Positions 24,986 to 37,184 of a DNA stretch of 64,000 bases are shown here, piece by piece (position 1 is the first letter of the stretch; each line of letters opens with the position of its first letter). The stretch is from contig NC_057750.1 of NCBI RefSeq assembly GCF_004010195.1, positions 15,950,550 through 16,014,549 of the forward strand, given 5' to 3'. This DNA is from Chiloscyllium plagiosum (lineage: Eukaryota). Made by a program: the position numbers and the translations under genes. The notes under the pieces were generated by a model that was not told the origin of the DNA, did not search any database, and saw only the letters and a program-made list of their open reading frames with translations.

Positions 24986-25485
24986 NNNNNNNNNNNNNNN
25001 NNNNNNNNNNNNNNNNNNNNNNNNNNNNNNNNNNNNNNNNNNNNNNNNNNNNNNNNNNNNNNNNNNNNNNNNNNNNNNNNNNNNNNNNNNNNNNNNNNNN
25101 NNNNNNNNNNNNNNNNNNNNNNNNNNNNNNNNNNNNNNNNNNNNNNNNNNNNNNNNNNNNNNNNNNNNNNNNNNNNNNNNNNNNNNNNNNNNNNNNNNNN
25201 NNNNNNNNNNNNNNNNNNNNNNNNNNNNNNNNNNNNNNNNNNNNNNNNNNNNNNNNNNNNNNNNNNNNNNNNNNNNNNNNNNNNNNNNNNNNNNNNNNNN
25301 NNNNNNNNNNNNNNNNNNNNNNNNNNNNNNNNNNNNNNNNNNNNNNNNNNNNNNNNNNNNNNNNNNNNNNNNNNNNNNNNNNNNNNNNNNNNNNNNNNNN
25401 NNNNNNNNNNNNNNNNNNNNNNNNNNNNNNNNNNNNNNNNNNNNNNNNNNNNNNNNNNNNNNNNNNNNNNNNNNNNNNNNNNNNN
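24986..25485. other. Assembly gap (500 N)
   Basis: Run of N. Confidence 1.
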
Positions 25486-25552
25486 CACCAATCCTTGTGG
25501 CACTCAACTGGTCACAGGCCTCCAGTCTGAAAAACAACCCTCCTCTACAATC

Positions 25553-28130
25553 AGAGTCCTATACCACGGAGACAGGCCCTTGAGCCCAGATTGGTCCATG
25601 CCGACCAAAATGTCCCTCAATGCTAACCCCATTTCTCTGCACATGGCCCACATCCTTCCAAACCTTTCCTATTCATGTATTTGTCCACATGCCTTTTAAA
25701 TGTTGTTAATGTACTTGCTTCAACCACTTCCGCTGCAGCTCATTCCATATGTGTACCAACCTCTGTAAAAAAAAAAAAAAAAAGTCGCCCCTCAGGTTCC
25801 CTTTTATTCTTTCCCCTCTAACCTTAAACTGATGCCCTTGAGTCCTCAATTCCCCAGCCTTGGTTAAAAGACTGAGTGCATTCACCCTATCTATGCCTCT
25901 CATGATCTTATACACCTTGATAAGATTCCCCCCTCAGTCTCCTATGCTGTAAAGTAAAAAGTCTTTATTTGTTCAAACTCTCCCTGTAACTCAGACCCCT
26001 GAGTCTTGGCACCATCCTTGCAAATTTTTTTCTGCACTCTTTCTAGTTTAATAACGTCCTTCCTATAGCAATGTGACCAAAACTGAACACAATATTCCAA
26101 GTTCAGGCTCACAAATGTTCTGTACAGCTGCAACATAACTTCCTAACTTCTATACTCAATGCCCTGACTGATGAAGGCCAGTGTGCCAAAAGCCTTCTTC
26201 ACAGCCCTATCTACCTGTGACTCAATTTTCAGAGAACTGTGCACCTGAACTCCAAGGTCCCTCTGTTCCACTACACTCCTTAAGGCCCTACCAATCACCA
26301 TGAAAGTCCTACCTTGATTTGACTTCACAAAACGCAAGACCCAAAACCTCTCTATATTAAACTCCATTTGCCATTTCTCGGGCAACTTCCCCAGCTGATC
26401 AAGGTCCTGCTGCAATTTCTGACAACCTTCCTCACTGTCCATGATACCTCCTATTTTAGTGTCATCAGCAAACTTACTAATCATGCCTTGTACATTCTCA
26501 CCCTAATCATTGATATATATAACAAGTATTAATGGGCCCAGCACTGACCCCCTGAGGCACTCCAGTAGTCACGAGCCTCAGTCGAACAAGCGTCTTTCCA
26601 CTATTACACTCTGCTTCCTCCCATCAAACCAAACATGTATCCAATATGCCAGCTCCCCTGGTTTCCATACGATCTAACCTTTCAGAGCAGCCTACCATGT
26701 GAAACCTTATCAGAGGCCTTACTGAAATCTATATAGACTACATCTAGCACCCTGCCCTTGTCAAACTTCCTGGTCACTTCATTCAAAGAACTCAACAAAT
26801 TTGAGAGGAATGATCTCCCATGCACAAAGCCATGGTGACTATTCCTAATCAAACTCTGTCTTTCCAAATGCATGTATATCATCTCTCAGAATCTTCTCAA
26901 GTATCTCACCTACCACAGATGTTAGGCTCACTGCTCTTTCGTTCCCAGGTTTGTCTTTGCAGCCATTCCTGAAAAAGGGCACAACATTCGCTATCCTTCA
27001 GTCTTCTGGGACCTCATCTGTGCCTAACAATGATGCAAAAATATTAGCCAGGGCCCACACAATTTCTTCTCTAGCCTCTTGCAGTGTTCTTGGATATATC
27101 TGGTCGGGACCAGGAGATTTATTCACCTTCATACATTCTAATACATCCAACACCACCTCTACTGTGATATGGACTGGGCCCCAAGATATGGCCACTGACC
27201 TCCTAGACTTCATTCTCCACAGTAAACACAGAGGAAAAATATTCATTTGAGGACCTCGCCCAGCTCCTATGGTTCTACACATACATGTCCACTTTGGTCC
27301 TTGAGGGGTCGTATTCTCTCTCTAGTTATTCTTTGTACTTTAATAGACTTAAACTCTTTGGATTCATCCTGATCTTCTCAGCCAATGCTATCTCGCACAC
27401 TATCCCCTTTCACACTCCTGATTTCCTTCTTCAGTATACTCCTGTATCCCCTATGTACTTCCAGGGATTCCCTTGATCTCAGCTACCTGTTACCTGAGAC
27501 ATACCTCCTTTTTTTCTGGTCAAAGCCTCTTGTCAGCCAGTGTTCCCTATTCCTATCAATCTTGCCTTTCATCCTCACAGGAACATATACACCTTGAACT
27601 CGAGCTTGCAACTTGCCTGAAAACAAAACACTCCAATCAGCCCCTGTCAACTTCCATCAAAATTTGCCTTGCCCCAATTTAGAACTTGAACCTGTCGACC
27701 AGTTTTGTCCCTCTACATAATTATTCTAAAATTAATAGAACAATGGTCACTGGTCCCAAAGTGCTCCCCCACTGTCACTTCCATCACCTGTCTCCTCTGT
27801 TTCCCAATAGTAGGTTGAGTTTTGCCCCTTCCCGAGTAGGACCCTTTATATACTGCTCGATGAAACTTTCCTGAATGCACTTAACAAATTCCACCCCATC
27901 TAAGCCCTTATCGCTGTGACAGTCCCAGTCTATGTTAGGAAAATTAAAATCTCCTACTATGAGAACCCCCATTGCTCCTGCAAGTTTCCCTAGTCTCCCT
28001 GCATTTTTGTTCGGGGCCTATAGTACAACCATAATGTCACCATCCCTTTCTTATTTCTTAGCTCCCCCACAAGGCCTCACTGGAAGATTCTTTGGTTGTT
28101 TCATCTCTGATTACTGTTGTGATACTTACC
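25553..28130 (-). mobile_element. CR1 LINE ORF2 pseudogene (APE endonuclease to 3' end)
   Basis: LIVGDFNFPNIDW (27784-27972), KSPGPDQIYPRTL, HGFVHGRS, KFADDTKIGG, LEYCVQFWS. Confidence 0.93.
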
Positions 28131-29169
28131 TTAATCAAAAATGCAACTTCCGTCCCTCTTGGCGGTTGGTCTCAAGTTACTGAGCTGAGTGTGGTGTTGC
28201 GGTGATTCTTATACCCGAAAGTCTTCCTGCCCTTTTGGGAGGGTCTTCATCATTCACCAATGAATCAATCAGGCTCAATCACCCTGATTGGACCCAACCA
28301 GACATCGGCATGTTGATGGCAAAGTGGTCCTTAGGCATCCATTCCTGAAGGTTTTGGGCGCGTGTAGCCTCCTCCAAATAAGGGTACGAAGCACCCCCAT
28401 GTCTGGTACACGCCTTGATGTTTTCGATCACTCTGAGGATGATATTCCATTGACTCCATTCAAATCCAAATTTGGATGTGTATTGCAAAGGTTGGCAGCT
28501 ACCAAGTTGTTGCAAACTGTCTATTGGTGGCCGTAGCCTATCTGGATTGTGTTGCATGTTGATTAGCACAGTCACTTTGGTCAAGGCTTGCCTTAGTTTC
28601 CCAGCATGCTTTAGTCATTGTCCAATCTTTGTAAATCCATCATAAATTCACCATTTTGAGTGGCCCATGTGCAAAAGGATGGCTGATAGGCTGCACTCTG
28701 TATAACAACATGTATTGACCCTGAGCTTTGGAGAAAAAAAAAATCATTTGACTGTGATCAAACCACCTACTTCCACTAGAACATGGAGCATGATAATTTG
28801 GTTAATGTCAGGATCAGCACCAGTTGTGATGTTCATCTTCCTCCCTCACACATGAAGAATTATCATTTGATAAGGTGCCAAAGTAAAGTGTTATCCATGG
28901 AATTGGATCCTAGTATGACCTATACCTTAGCAGAGAGGAGAAATCCAACATGTTAAGTTTTAAAATTAGTGTGTCCTTGGATTTTATTGTCCATCCCTAG
29001 TCACTTTAGTGTGGTGATATTGGTGTTACATGTTGGTTAAAACAATTTGGATGACAGGCTTCCTTACCTCCATGGTCATTTAATTGTGTCAGCCCAGAAA
29101 TACAAGATTTTGGAATTTATGTTCATATGGTTCTCAAATAGCTAACTGTGATGTATAATAACCACGAAT

Positions 29170-30220
29170 GTCACAAAGCTGGATGGAGGGGCAGGTAGTG
29201 TTGAGGAAACGGAGGCTGTTGAAGAAATTGGACAGACAAGTAGGCAAAGAAGTGGCAGATGGAATACAATGTAAGAAAGTGTGAGGTTATCCACTTTAGG
29301 AAGAAGAGGTGTGGATTATTTTCTAAATGGAGAAAGGCTTCAGAAATTTGAAGCACCAAGTGATTGGGAGTCCTCATTCAGGATTCTCATGGTTAACGTG
29401 CAGGTTCACTTGGCAGTTAGACAAGCAAATGCAATGTTAGCATTCATTTAAGACGGTTAGAATACAACAGTATAGATGTACTGAGGCTGTATAAGGCTCT
29501 GATCACACCGTATTTGGAATATTGTGAATGGTTTTGTGCCCCTCTTGAAGAAATAACATGCTAAAGTTGGAGGTGGCCAGAAGAGGTTTACAAGCATGAA
29601 GAGGAATGAAGGTCTTATCATATGAGGAGCGGTTGAAGACTCTGGGTCTGTACTCAGTGGAGTTTCAAAGGATGAATGGGGATCTCATTGAAACTGATAG
29701 CGGTCAGGATAAAATAAAAATGGAGAAGGTGTTTCCACTGGTCAGAGAGAGGCCACAACTTCAGTGAGGGGATGACCATTTAGAACCGAGATGAGGAGGA
29801 ATTTCTTCAATCAGAGAGCAGTGAATGTGTGAAACTTGTTGCTGCAGAAGGTTGTGCAGTACAAGTCATTGAGTATATTTAAGACAGAGGTACAGTCATT
29901 CCTTCATATTTGTGTTGGTTCTGTTCCTGAGAACCCCAGTGAATGATGAAATTCGCCATGCAGAACTCATTTAAAATTAGGTTAAAAATCGTGGATACTG
30001 ATTTTTGCTGTTACAGTTTTTAGCATGGTTAGGCGATTTCATGATTCCTGATTTTGTGGATACAGGATTTACAGTAGATAGGTTATTCATTAGTAAAGGC
30101 AGATGGTGTTATGGGGAGACAATAGGAAGCTGGGGTTGAGAAATTCATCAGCCACAATTGAATGGTGAAGCAGACTCAATGGGTCAAATGGCCTTAACCT
30201 ACTCCTACATATTATGATCT
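29170..30220 (+). mobile_element. Older CR1 LINE 3' part, interrupted by a MITE
   Basis: Similar to 8660-9570 (tggcagatggaatacaatg, aggaatttcttc, gaatggtgaagcagactc, tail). Confidence 0.8.
29893..30074. mobile_element. Decayed TA-flanked Tigger/mariner-type MITE
   Basis: TA on both sides; removing it restores CR1 aagacagagg-ta-gatagg; imperfect TIRs cagtcattcct / ctgtaaatcct. Confidence 0.5.
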
Positions 30221-30233
30221 TCCTTGTTTTCAG

Positions 30234-30321
30234 TTATCATGTGACATTCTCAGATGAATGCAATCTCAGCACCTCTGATGTGGCTCAAACAGCAGAGACG
30301 GAGAGTGAATATGAACAACAG
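30234..30321 (+). CDS. Unidentified gene, exon F ((G)YHVTFSDECNLSTSDVAQTAETESEYEQQ), phase 2->0
   Basis: Acceptor tccttgttttcag|tta; donor CAG|gtgaga; 88 nt open, paralogous to B and D. Confidence 0.78.
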
Positions 30322-31914
30322 GTGAGAATTATCTTTTAAAACTGTTTGTTTGGTGTTGTGAAATGAGAAGACTATTTTCCTAAGTAAATTGATCAAAAAC
30401 ACCACTACTTATGGGTTAATATGGTGTGGGGCTGTTTTTGAGATTTGACAAACTGTAGAAATACAAACTTCAAGCACTGAAAGTACTAATGATTGTAGGC
30501 TGCAACTGACCATGTTTCATGATAATTCCAAAAATGCCTTAGTCCAGTACAATTGAGCCAGTATTAGTAACATTTATACATGCAGCAGAGTTCATAAATG
30601 TCTGATTTGTTATTTTGCACATTATAATTGATCAGTGGTGATTACATGAAAGCAGAACTCACTTTCGTTAATTTATGAAGATTCATTTATTAGATGTTAC
30701 TCAGTGAATCACAGCCCAAATCTCAGCAGGTAAAATGTTTGGGGAAAGGCGAAGTTGTGGGATCAGAGCCTAACTCTGAACAAAGAAGCACCCATTAAAC
30801 CAATTCCTCTTATGGTCACCCAAAGCTTTATTTTTAATCCTTAAGCTAATCACAGCTTCCAACCGCTCCCTTCCACTTGCTAATTCTTATCTTTGATTAT
30901 AAGGATCCTATATAATTAATTGGACCAGTCAAGGCTGGATCCCCTGTATGTACTGACAAAAAGTCTCCAAATTCTTTCTATTCTAATGTAATATTTTGTG
31001 AATTTACATTTAGTTTAAAAGCTTGAGCCCATTGATTGGTTCAATTGTTTTGACAGGTTGACCATTAGTCTTTTTATGCTCATTTCTCAATTAATTTATC
31101 ATTTTCACCCCTTGGACGCAGTTCAGAGAAATTTCAGGAAAGGTGGTTGGAAATGCTTTCTGTAGATGGAGAGGGGAAGAAATCCGTTCTCCTGGAATTC
31201 CTATTTGTCCTCAACACACAGACTGTCAGTGCCATGTTAATATATACTTAATGGGAACTGTACAAAGTAGACTTTCTTTCAGTCTTTAACAGTCAGGCAT
31301 AGAGCTCCCTGTGCATTACAGCAATGTAAAACTAAGCTGCCACATAAGAGCAAAGTGCTGAAAATATTCACATTTGATAGCTTCTGGAGAGGAGAATAGT
31401 TAACATTGAATCATTTTTGACTTAAGGCATTAACTCTGTTTACCTCTCCATAGATGCCAGACCTGCTGAGTATTTACAGCACATTATTTTGGTTCAATTT
31501 CCAGAATCTGCAACATTTTGCTTTATGCCACTTGGATATAATGATGCCTAAATATAAGTCAGTGGAACAGTGCAAGAAATCTGGCACTACATTGAGTTTG
31601 TACTTGTTAGCAAAGTATAAGACAAATATTAAACAAATAGTGAACGTGGATTCACATCGTTTGCTTTCCCTGAACAACGAAAGGAAAATAGGAAAGACGT
31701 GCATTTGTAGATTTTATTTCATGACCACAAGGTCTTCCAAAGTATATGTTGTCAATTAACTACTTCTGAAGTCTAGTTACTATTGTACTGTAAGAAATAT
31801 GCCAAACAATACAACAAATTCCCACAAACAGTGATGCGATCAGCATAACTGAAGAAATAAGAGCAGGAATGGGCTAGTTGGCCCCTTAAGCCTCTACTGC
31901 TATTCAACAAGATT

Positions 31915-32260
31915 ATAGGAAAGATTTTATTAAACTTGAGAGAGTACAGAAAAGATTTACAAGAATGTTGCCAGACCTGGCGGGTTTGAGTTAAAGGGAG
32001 AAGCAGAATAGGCTGGTGCTTTTTTTTCCCTGGACTTTTGGGAGGCTGAGGGGTGACCTTATCAAGGTTTTAAATTCTGAGGGACATGGATAGGGTGAAT
32101 AGCCAAGGTCTTTTTACTGGGTTGGGGAGTCCAAAACTAGAAGGCATATGAATTAGAAGGGTTTAAAGGGATAGGGGCCAAATGGGACGAGGTCAGATAG
32201 CTATGTCTGGTTGGTGTGAATAAGTTGGGCCTAAGGGTCTGTTTCCATACAGTATGACAT
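31915..32260 (+). mobile_element. CR1 3' fragment
   Basis: aaaagatttacaagaatgttgcc ... aggctgaggggtgacctt ... 3' UTR. Confidence 0.75.
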
Positions 32261-32860
32261 TATAAACAATGATCAGGTAATGTTTTTTGTGATGTTCAGT
32301 GATGGGTGAATGATGGTCAGGACACTAGATACAACTCCCCTGCAGTTTTCCGAATGGTGGCATGGAATCATTGACATCTCCCCGAAAGGAAGGCACTGGA
32401 GTTTCACATTAGATTGTGCTGTTTAAGAGGAATTTAACCCAAGAAGTAACTGCTGAATCACAGCTGGCACACACTGACAGCGTAACTTCAGGTTTCTGTC
32501 ATTACTTTGGTATCAAGTCAGTATCCTTACTTTGACAACGAAAGATCAGTCAAGTATTTAAGGTACAAAATAGCATATTTCATGGCCTCAAGACATTCCA
32601 AAGCATGTTACAACCAGTAGGAACTTCTGAAGTGTAGTCATATTTGTAAGAAACACATCAACCAGTTGCATGCTGCAAGCTCTTAAGGAAGTAGTGTCAA
32701 ACTCTCAATACAATGAACCACACTCCCAGACTTTCAACAGGACTCAGCAGAAGAATTGAGAATTGTGAGATTCCATTTGCCTCAGTTGTACAACTTAGTC
32801 GAGTTGAGTTAGTGAACAAACCAGTCAATTCATTTGTATTGTTGTCATCTTTGCTTTTAG

Positions 32861-32896
32861 GACAAAACTGATGAGGATAATGATTTGCAAGACTGA
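32861..32896 (+). CDS. Unidentified gene, terminal coding exon G (DKTDEDNDLQD*)
   Basis: Acceptor catctttgcttttag|; phase 0; TGA followed by AATAAA at 33014 and 33366. Confidence 0.65.
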   Translation, partial: DKTDEDNDLQD

Positions 32897-33922
32897 AAGA
32901 AGTCTGAGAAACCAACAGAACCAACTGAGGACTGATTGCTGAAGTGATCATGAGCTACCAGTACCATAGACTTTGTCATCCTCCCACAGCAATGGTTAAC
33001 AATTTGCTTTAAAAATAAAATCAAACAGTACTTGAGCACTGTATAAATAATGAGATTTCTTAAAAGGTAATCTGATGTCCCTTTCTCTCCACAAGAATAG
33101 AAACTTGTCATTTTCCTGAGTGGGTCATGCTCCTTCAGTCTATGCTAGGCAGTACTTGCCATGGATATTCTTTTCAGGAAAGAAACATTTTTTAGGCCTA
33201 ACTATGCAAGGGCAGAGGAATAAGAAATATTCAAATAGTTTTTCTTATGGACAGCAGATAACATAATAGAATTTATTTGGCTTTGAATTGTAGCTCTTTT
33301 ATAGTCAAACATGGCTGGTGTTTCATTTAATTCACATTTTAGTTTGATAAGAATTCTTTAAATGTAATAAACAAGTTCTATCAAAAGAAAGCATTGTTTG
33401 TTGCATCCTATGAGTAGGAATCAACTCAAGGTTTCATTTGCATTCATGAGGTCTGTGAATTTTCATTTCAAAGTTTCTTCTGGCCAAGCAGTGAGGCTTT
33501 ACCAGTACAGGGATGATGACCAAACAGTTTGTTCATGGTCAATAATAATTACAAACAAATCTTCTACATTGCAGGTATGTTTGCGTGTTTAAAATTGAGC
33601 TGTTTACTGATTGAAAATGTCTATTGTTAGAATCCAGTGTGCAAATGAAAATAAGCAAGGCTTTTAAATGGAGGTTGGTGCTATCATTGTGCATTGCACA
33701 GTAAAGAGTGGAATAGAGATTCTGACAGGGGTCTCATGACAAACAAAACCTTGATCTCGTTTCTTTTTTAAAAAAAGGAGCCAGTAATGTCATTGAAACG
33801 TAAGTTTGAGGTTCATAACTGCTGTCTGCAATAATTGGGTGTATTAATAGGGTGCCAACTCTGGCTGGATATGTTAGTTAGATGTCGTCATATAATTGAC
33901 TTTTCAACTATTGGTGATCCAA

Positions 33923-34306
33923 TGTCATGGAAATTAGATTGACTCAACTCAAATGTTTGCAAGAGCAAAGATAAAGTTCATTGCAAAGGGACCCAATACA
34001 TTGGCAAGACGCCTCATGTAAGGGGCGTTTGATAGCTTTCGCATCCTCCCTTTATACTATAGCTCACTTCCCCTCATCAGCACCTGCATGACTAGAGGCC
34101 TGGAACATTCAAGTTCCTTTCCGTATATGGAATTATTTTTCTCATTTCTTGACTGCTGATATGGCAGTTTAACTGGCCTTGTAAGCCTGTAGTTAGGTCG
34201 GTTTGCCTTTACATTTTTCTTTGTTTGCAGTACCCCTTGTTTCAGTCAGACCCTTACTTCTTTGTTCCCCTATGCTTTTATAGATAAATGTTAACTTTCC
34301 ATTATA
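33923..34306 (-). repeat. ERV 3' LTR (384 bp)
   Basis: Direct repeat of 42416-42831 with about 20-25 substitutions and three short deletions (by eye); preceded on - strand by PPT AAAAAGGGGGGAAA (34307-34320). Confidence 0.95.
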
Positions 34307-34537
34307 TTTCCCCCCTTTTTATCATTTCATGACAACAATGACAAAAAATAAACAGAGCCAGACATCTTTACATCAAACTGCTTAGGGAGCACCCTGCCTT
34401 TCCTCAAACACCATTTACCCGTAACACAGCTTTCTGGTGGTATCATCACTTGCTCTGGTGTGCCCTGTACATAGTCCATTTTCACACATCACACACTTCA
34501 ACATTACTTTTGGTGGGATGCACGCAATCGGGTCTTC

Positions 34538-34828
34538 CTACTGTGGGGCCTCTGATCGTTTTACAATTTGGTATCTCCCCGTACTCACAAGCAAATGCCG
34601 TAGGCAGGTATACAAGCAGGGTCCTATACAAAGCACTATCAGTATGACTAGCCCCACAACTAGTAGAGTGTGTAAGATCCAATACCCCCATTCTCTCCAA
34701 AGGGAGGTAAGCCATTGGAACCAGAAGTCATCTGCTGGGGGAAGTTGTCTTACTGCTGCCTTCATAAGATTTATTACACTAGTGATATTCTTGGCGAGCT
34801 GGGGCAGCCCGATATTTGTGTGAGGCAT
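34538..34828 (-). pseudogene. env: ERV env transmembrane-subunit C-terminal remnant
   Basis: ...DDFWFQWLTSLWREWGYWILHTLLVVGLVILIVLCIGPCLYTCL: Trp-rich membrane-proximal region, TM helix and PC motif, located just before the PPT. Confidence 0.7.
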
Positions 34829-36224
34829 CTAGCCACTACTTGCACTTATTTGGTTCCGGTGTCGTCTGATGTCTTCTCAGGTCCAGCTACACGTTCCATG
34901 TTTATTCCCAAGTGAACACTGATCTGTTGTAGGGCTTAACTGACGAATGGTGTTCCATCGTCGCTACTAAGCCTTTCAGGAATGTTCCATCTCTGAATTA
35001 TTTCCGTTAACAAAGCCTTGGCTACTGCACTGGCATCCTGTTTAGACATGGGGAACAGTTCCACCCATTTGGAAAACATATCAACGATTACCAGGCAATA
35101 TCTTTTCCCTTCACTGGGTGTTAGTTCAATAAAATCCATCTGTAAATGTTCAAAGGGTCTTTGGTGTTGGGGGTGTGCTGCCCGATTCATCTGTATTGCC
35201 CTCCCCATATTATTAGTGTCACAGATAACACATTGTTCACAATATTTCTGGGAGTAGTTAGTGAATCCCTTGTTGTACCAGTGTGCCGAAATACTGTCGT
35301 ATATCCCCCCTTTTGACACATGGTCCTTAACATGTGTCAGTTTGGTATAGAATGAGAATAATTATCGCGGTAAACAGGGTTTATCATTGGGGCCACACTA
35401 TACCCCTTCCCTCATGCTGCACCCTGCCCTTTTCCACTCACGTTTCTCCTCTAGCGTGGTCTGCGACTGTAACTCCCGTATGTCTGCTGTTGGGGTATAA
35501 ATTTTTGTCATACACATGTCAAACTAATCACTTGGTGACTGCTGGGCTGCCGTCCTTGCCGTTGAGTCTGCCTTTGCATTGCCTTGAGAAATGGAATCGT
35601 TATTTTTTGTGTGGGCTTCACATTTACATACAGCAATTGATGTGAGCAATAGGACCGCTTCCAGGGGTCAGAAATCAGGCCACGGTGTGTGATGGGCTTT
35701 CCGGTGGAGGTCAAGAAGACCTTGTGTTTCCACAGGGTTCAAAAATCATGTACAACCCCAATTGCATATCTGCTGGCGATGTAAATAATCACTGTCCATC
35801 CCTTAGCCATTTCACATGCCTCAGTCAAGGCAAACAGCTCCATTGCTTGTGCTGACAGATGAGAAGGGAGTAATCCTGCTTTGACTACTTCGTAGGTAGT
35901 TACTACAGCATACCCAACACAATTCTGGCCTGTCTCTTTGCTCCTGAATGCTGACCCATCCACAAAAAACTCCATATCCGGATTCTGAAGTGGTGAATCC
36001 TGCAAGTCTGGTCTCGGGCTGCAAATTTCATTAGTTACAGCGACAGTCATATGGGTCTCCGTCTGCTTCTGTGGGGAGAAGGCTAACAGGGTTAAGGACG
36101 TTATATCGCTTTATTGTAATGTTAGGCATCTCCAAGAACACAGTATTGTATCTGAGCTAACGTGCTGCTGACATGTGTGCTGTCTTTTGCTCGAAAAGCA
36201 GGAAGGAAACTGCATGTGGAACCA

Positions 36225-37184
36225 TGATTTGGAGATGCTGGTGTTGGACTGGGGTGTACAAAGTTAAAAATCACACAACACCAGGTTATAGTCCAACAAG
36301 TTTAATTGGAAGCACACTAGCTTTCGGAGCGACGCTCCTTCATCAGGTGATAGTGGAGGGCTCAATCCTAACACAGAATTTATAGCAAAAATTTAGTGTG
36401 ATGTAACTGAAATTATACATTGGAAAATTAATTGTCTGTTAAGCCTTTCATCTGTTAGAATACAGTGATAGTTTCACTCCTTTCATGTGTAAATCACAAA
36501 ACCTTTTTTTAAAAAGTTGCATTCTTGGATTAGCTGTTAACAATGGTGATAACTAGACAATATGTTGACCCACCCTCCCATCCTGGCACTTTCCCCTGCC
36601 ACCGCAGGAACTGTAAAACCTGCGCCCACACCTCCTCCCTCACCTCTATCCAAGGCCCCAAAGGAGCTTTTCACATCCATCAAAGTTTTACCTGCACATC
36701 CACTAATATCATATATTGTATCCGTTGCTCCCGATGCGGTCTCCTCTACATTGGGGAGACTGGACGCCTCCTAGCAGAGAGCTTTAGGGAACATCTCCGG
36801 GACACCCGCACCAATCAACCACACCGCCCCGTGGCCCAACATTTCAACTCCCCCTCCCACTCTGCCGAGGATATGGAGGTGCTGGGCCTCCTCCACCGCC
36901 GCTCCCTCACCACCAGACGCCTGGAGGAAGAACGCCTCATCTTCCGCCTCGGAACACTTCAACCCCAGGGCATCAATGTGGATTTCAACAGTTTCCTCAT
37001 TTCACCTTCCCCCACCTCATCCTAGTTTCAAACTTCCAGCCCGCACTGTCCCCTTGACCTGTCCGGACTTGTCCGCCACTTTTCTCTGCTGCCTGTCCCG
37101 AAGTCCACCTTGGAGGATGGTCACCCGAAGGTCCGAGGCTGAATGTCCTGGACCACTGAAGTGTTCCCCAACTGGGAGGGAACC
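36225..37184. mobile_element. Composite Penelope-like insertion in ERV pol, 12-bp TSD
   Basis: catgtggaacca at 36213-36224 and 37185-37196 (restores LTLLVPHAVS); + strand GIY-YIG ORF 36543-37025 (NIIYCIRC..CGLLYIGET); - strand GIY-YIG piece 37073-37184 (LPVGEHFSGPGHS); - strand PLE 3' end 36225-36567. Confidence 0.9.
36315..36349 (-). ncRNA. Minimal type I hammerhead ribozyme motif
   Basis: cac-CTGATGA-A-GGAGC-gtc-GCTCC-GAAA-G-CTA-gtg. Confidence 0.75.

Noticed and set aside
24796..25699. Long ORFs in the track (also 43149-43772 and 44626-45012)
   Set aside because: They are open only because they cross N-gaps.
2921..32896. SCPP-family or ASPH/junctate identity for the acidic gene
   Set aside because: SCPP coding introns are all phase 0, whereas these alternate 0 and 2. 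The resemblance to ASPH is only a few residues in low-complexity sequence.
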